From contig CAWJEN010000005.1 of assembly GCA_963841915.1 (NCBI GenBank), positions 864,001 to 928,000 of the forward strand: 64,000 nucleotides of DNA. Direction: 5' to 3'. The position numbers were made by a program, and so were the translations under genes. The notes beneath the pieces were generated by a model. The model searched no databases. It was not told where the DNA came from and was given only the letters and a program-made list of their open reading frames with translations. Positions 60,608-64,000 of the stretch are shown here, piece by piece; position 1 is the stretch's first letter; each line of letters starts with the position of its first letter. This stretch comes from an uncultured Planctomycetota bacterium. GTDB lineage: Bacteria; Planctomycetota; Phycisphaerae; Tepidisphaerales; Tepidisphaeraceae.

Positions 60608-61317
60608 AGAGCGACATCGCGTATTGGGGTGACGATCCGCCGAACGATCATGCAGCCGAGGTGTGTCGGCTGGACCTGTGGGCTCCGCCGGGCGAAGCGT
60701 CGGCAACGATCGTTCACTTCCACGGCGGCGGCATGGAGGGCGGCGAACGGGAAGTGCCCGAATGCCTCAAAGCTGCTGGCTTTGCCGTCGCGACGGCGGA
60801 TTACCGCCTGACGCCACGGGCGACGACGCCGCAGTTCGTCGAAGACGCGGCCGCAGCGACGGCTTGGGTGATGAAGAATGTCTCGCAGCGCGTCGTGCTC
60901 GTAGGCATCTCGGCAGGTGCGTATCTGGCGGCGATGATCACGCTCGACCGCCGATGGCTCACCGCCCACGACGCGACGCCGGACGATATCGTCGGCCTCG
61001 CCTCGCTCAGCGGGCAGATGATCACGCACTTCGCGATCCGCCGCGAACGCGGTATCGCTGGCGAGCAGGCGGTCGTTGACGACCTCGCGCCGCTGTACCA
61101 CGTCCGAGCTGATGCGCCTCCAATGTTGCTGATGACGGGCGACCGTGAGCTTGAACTGCTGGGTCGGTACGAAGAGACGGCTTACATGCGCCGCATGATG
61201 CTCGTCGCCGGCCATCGCGACTGCGAGCTGATCGAGATGCCCGGCTACGACCACGGCGGCATGGTCGAGCCGTCGTGGCCGATGGTGATCCAGAGCATTT
61301 GCCGTTGGACGAGCTGA
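60604..61317 (+). CDS. Alpha/beta hydrolase (esterase/lipase)
   Basis: HFHGGG, DYRL, GISAG nucleophile elbow, GYDHG. Confidence 0.9.
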   Translation: MKSDIAYWGDDPPNDHAAEVCRLDLWAPPGEASATIVHFHGGGMEGGEREVPECLKAAGFAVATADYRLTPRATTPQFVEDAAAATAWVMKNVSQRVVLVGISAGAYLAAMITLDRRWLTAHDATPDDIVGLASLSGQMITHFAIRRERGIAGEQAVVDDLAPLYHVRADAPPMLLMTGDRELELLGRYEETAYMRRMMLVAGHRDCELIEMPGYDHGGMVEPSWPMVIQSICRWTS

Positions 61318-61331
61318 CGTTTACAACGCTG

Positions 61332-62642
61332 TCAGATCATCGGCACGTCGAGAATCTCCCGCAGCTCGTCGAGTGCGGCCTCCGACTCCTCGTACAGCCG
61401 CACGTCGGCCAGCTCCGCTGGCAACAATGAGCCGCGGTAGTGGCGAGATACCCAGTCGATGAGCGTCTCGTGGAGCTGCGGCGTCCAGAAGACGTTGCCG
61501 CGAACGGCTGCCCGTTCGTCGTCGCTGAGGACGACGCGCAGCCGCAGACACGCGGGGCCGCCGCCGTTCTTCATGCTTTGGCGGACATCGACGCGAATGG
61601 CCTGCGTGATCGGGTTGTCCTCGCGGAGGATGCGCTCGATGGCCGCCTTGGCGGTCGGCACAACGTCGCATTCGGCGGGGTAAACGAGAGCCATCGTGTC
61701 GTCGGGCAGCGTCACGAGCTGGCTGTTGAACAAGTAAGATTGCACAGCATCCGCTAGCGGTAGCTCTTCGTCTGTAACCGTGATTCGCGTAAAGCCACTC
61801 ACCGCGTCTGGGAACAGGTTGGCAAACACTTCGTCCCACGGCCACATCGCGTCCCACGCCGCTTCGTGCATGAGAAGTACCGGCCCGTTGCCGACGGCGA
61901 TGACGTCGTTATGAAATGCTCCCGCCTCGCTTGCCTCCGGGCTTTGCTTGACGAGCAGGAACTGTGCGGCCTGCGACGCGGCGTGTAGCCCGACAATCTT
62001 GACGCTTGACGCCTCGAGCTGCCGCGGCTTGAACCTGCGGCCGCTCAGGTCGTCGTAGCTGGTTCGGCCGTAGGTAAAGATTTCGAGTCCCGCCGACGCA
62101 TGGGCGTTGCACAGCCGCGTGTGATTCGCCGCGCCTTCGTCCGGCAGGGTTGCGGGGAGCGGCGGGTGCACCTTGAAGTACCGCTCATCGCCGAAGAGGT
62201 GCTCGAAGACGGTCAGACGCTCGAGCGATTCGAGTGCGCGATGACGCTGGCTGGCGAGGTTGGCGATCGTGAAGTGACAGCGGCCGTCGGCAGTGTCGGG
62301 GCTTGGCGACACCGTTGCGGCGTTGGCGGCCCACATGGCCGCGGCGCTTGAGGCAATGGCCAGGTCACGCGACTGTGCGTTCTTCAATAGCTCGAAAGGC
62401 TCCGACCCGTAGCCGCACGACCGCAGGTAGCCCAGGTGCGGCCGACGTTGGGGCGGCAGGACCGCCTGCGGCACACCAAGCTCGGCAAGCTGCTTCATCT
62501 TCGCCAACCCTTCCAGCGCTGCCGCCTTGGGATGAGAGACATGGTCCTTCGAGGCCATCGACGCAAGGTTGCCGCTGCCGAGACCGGCAAAATTGTGGGT
62601 CGGGCCGACGATGCCGTCGAAGTTGTATTCGCGGTAGGTCAC
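61332..62642 (-). CDS. astB: N-succinylarginine dihydrolase
   Basis: EYNFDGIVGPTHNFAGL, MWAANAATVSPS, DEGAANH, FHNDVI, SYLFNSQ, SMKNGGGPACLRLRV. Confidence 0.96.
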   Translation of the reverse strand: MTYREYNFDGIVGPTHNFAGLGSGNLASMASKDHVSHPKAAALEGLAKMKQLAELGVPQAVLPPQRRPHLGYLRSCGYGSEPFELLKNAQSRDLAIASSAAAMWAANAATVSPSPDTADGRCHFTIANLASQRHRALESLERLTVFEHLFGDERYFKVHPPLPATLPDEGAANHTRLCNAHASAGLEIFTYGRTSYDDLSGRRFKPRQLEASSVKIVGLHAASQAAQFLLVKQSPEASEAGAFHNDVIAVGNGPVLLMHEAAWDAMWPWDEVFANLFPDAVSGFTRITVTDEELPLADAVQSYLFNSQLVTLPDDTMALVYPAECDVVPTAKAAIERILREDNPITQAIRVDVRQSMKNGGGPACLRLRVVLSDDERAAVRGNVFWTPQLHETLIDWVSRHYRGSLLPAELADVRLYEESEAALDELREILDVPMI

Positions 62643-64000
62643 GCTTCAGACTCCAGGCTGGCGACGGGGTAGGTGCAGTAGTCGAGCGCGGTCGCGCCGG
62701 CGGGTCGATAGTTGCCGCTCCGCCCGACGCCGCCGAACGGCAGCTTGCCGCTGGCACCGGTGAGCGGTCGGTTCCAGTTGATGCAGCCGGCGCGGACATG
62801 TGAGACAAAGTACTCGTAGTCGTCACGGCTGCGCGTCACAATCCCGGCGGCCAAACCGAAGCGCGTCGCATTCGCCGCGGCAATGGCATCGCTCAGCGAC
62901 GCCACCCGCACCACCTGCAAGAGTGGGCCGAAGACTTCGCCGTCTCCGACCTCAACCCCCGTCGTGTCGATCAACCCCGGCGTCACGACCGTGGAGTCGA
63001 GTGATTTTGACGGGAGCAGCGATTTCGCTCCCGCTTGCAAAAACGCTTCCTGCGCCGCGAGCACCGCGCTCGCGGCAGCCTTCGAGATGAGCGGACCGAC
63101 CATCGGCTCTGGCTCATCCGTTGGCTTGCCGACATGGATCTGCCGTACCGCCTCGACGAGCTGATCGACAAGTCGGCCCGCCGTCGCGGCCGTAACGATC
63201 AAGCGTCGGGCACACGTGCAGCGCTGGCCGGACGAGATGAACGCCGACTGGATGACGAGCTCTATCGCCGCATCGACGTCGGCAGGTTCGTGGACAACGA
63301 TCGGGTTGTTGCCGCCGAGTTCGAGGGCGAGCATTTGGTCATAACGCAAGCATTTGGCGATGGCATCGCCTGCCTGTTCGCTGCCGGTGAAGAGGACGCC
63401 GTCAATGTTGCTGTCGACGAGCGCCTGGCCCGTCGCTCGCCCGCCTTGAACGACCTGCAGCACGTCCTGCGGTACGCCGGCGTCGTGAAACAAAGCGGCC
63501 AGTGCTTCGCCGCAGGCCGGCGTGTGTTCGCTGGGTTTGAAGACGACGCTGTTGCCCGCCAGCAGGGCCGGCACGAGGTGGCCGTTGGGTAGGTGCAGCG
63601 GAAAATTGAATGGACCGAATACGGCAAGTGTGCCGATCGGACGATGCCGAAGGCGGGCGGTCGTGCCGGGGGCGACCTCGAACGGCTCGACCTGCCTGGC
63701 TGCCCAGGCGGCGAGCGAGGCTGTGACTTTGGCGCCGAGCAGCTTCACCTCGCCGGCGGCGTCGCTGGGCATTTTGCCGGCTTCGTCCACAACGAGCCGT
63801 GTCAGCTCTCCGCCCCGCTCGACGGCGAGCTCGGCGAAACGACGGAGCATTCCGATCCGGGCCTCGACGCCCCTCTGTTCCCAATCGTGCTGTGCCTGCC
63901 TGCCTCGAGCGACGGCCGCGTGAACCGAGTCTGCTTGAGCAGCGTGTCCTTGCCAGACCGATTGACCCGTGGCCGGATTGTGCGACGTCAGTAAGTGGTC
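62639..64000 (-). CDS. astD: Succinylglutamate-semialdehyde dehydrogenase, 5' truncated by the window edge
   Basis: FGPFNFPLHLPNGH, ALELGGNNP, GQRCTCARR, NWNRPLTGAS, DYCTYPVAS; frame open to 64000; overlaps astB. Confidence 0.92.
   Translation of the reverse strand, partial: DHLLTSHNPATGQSVWQGHAAQADSVHAAVARGRQAQHDWEQRGVEARIGMLRRFAELAVERGGELTRLVVDEAGKMPSDAAGEVKLLGAKVTASLAAWAARQVEPFEVAPGTTARLRHRPIGTLAVFGPFNFPLHLPNGHLVPALLAGNSVVFKPSEHTPACGEALAALFHDAGVPQDVLQVVQGGRATGQALVDSNIDGVLFTGSEQAGDAIAKCLRYDQMLALELGGNNPIVVHEPADVDAAIELVIQSAFISSGQRCTCARRLIVTAATAGRLVDQLVEAVRQIHVGKPTDEPEPMVGPLISKAAASAVLAAQEAFLQAGAKSLLPSKSLDSTVVTPGLIDTTGVEVGDGEVFGPLLQVVRVASLSDAIAAANATRFGLAAGIVTRSRDDYEYFVSHVRAGCINWNRPLTGASGKLPFGGVGRSGNYRPAGATALDYCTYPVASLESEA

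Overview
High-GC bacterial chromosomal window, most likely Planctomycetota/Phycisphaerae (inferred from DUF1559/H-X9-DG pilin-like, PEP-CTERM, BatA-vWA and long C-terminally extended ECF sigma genes). Core or metabolic genes include thiG (5' truncated), a hydroxyproline catabolic operon, rsmE, mlaE, ilvB, addAB, argJ, arsC, ilvD and astB/astD. An accessory, partly decayed region at about 36.4-58 kb carries a copper-resistance cluster, a carbohydrate locus, a recombinase remnant with a degenerate tRNA-Pro and purD fragment, DUF262 and glycosidase pseudogenes, a vat-like acetyltransferase, fasciclin-sigK-rskA and kaiB-kaiC-hybrid kinase. The most unusual structure is directly downstream of thiG: a polar array in which unrelated small ORFs alternate with a repeated ~347-bp spacer (REP arm + DUF2200 5' remnant + copy of the last 94 bp of thiG), resembling an integrase-free gene-cassette array. 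Also notable are an unannotated Val/Leu/Ile-rich leader peptide before ilvB and an AddAB pair whose two nuclease motifs both deviate from consensus. All family assignments come from motif recognition by eye; no database searches were run.
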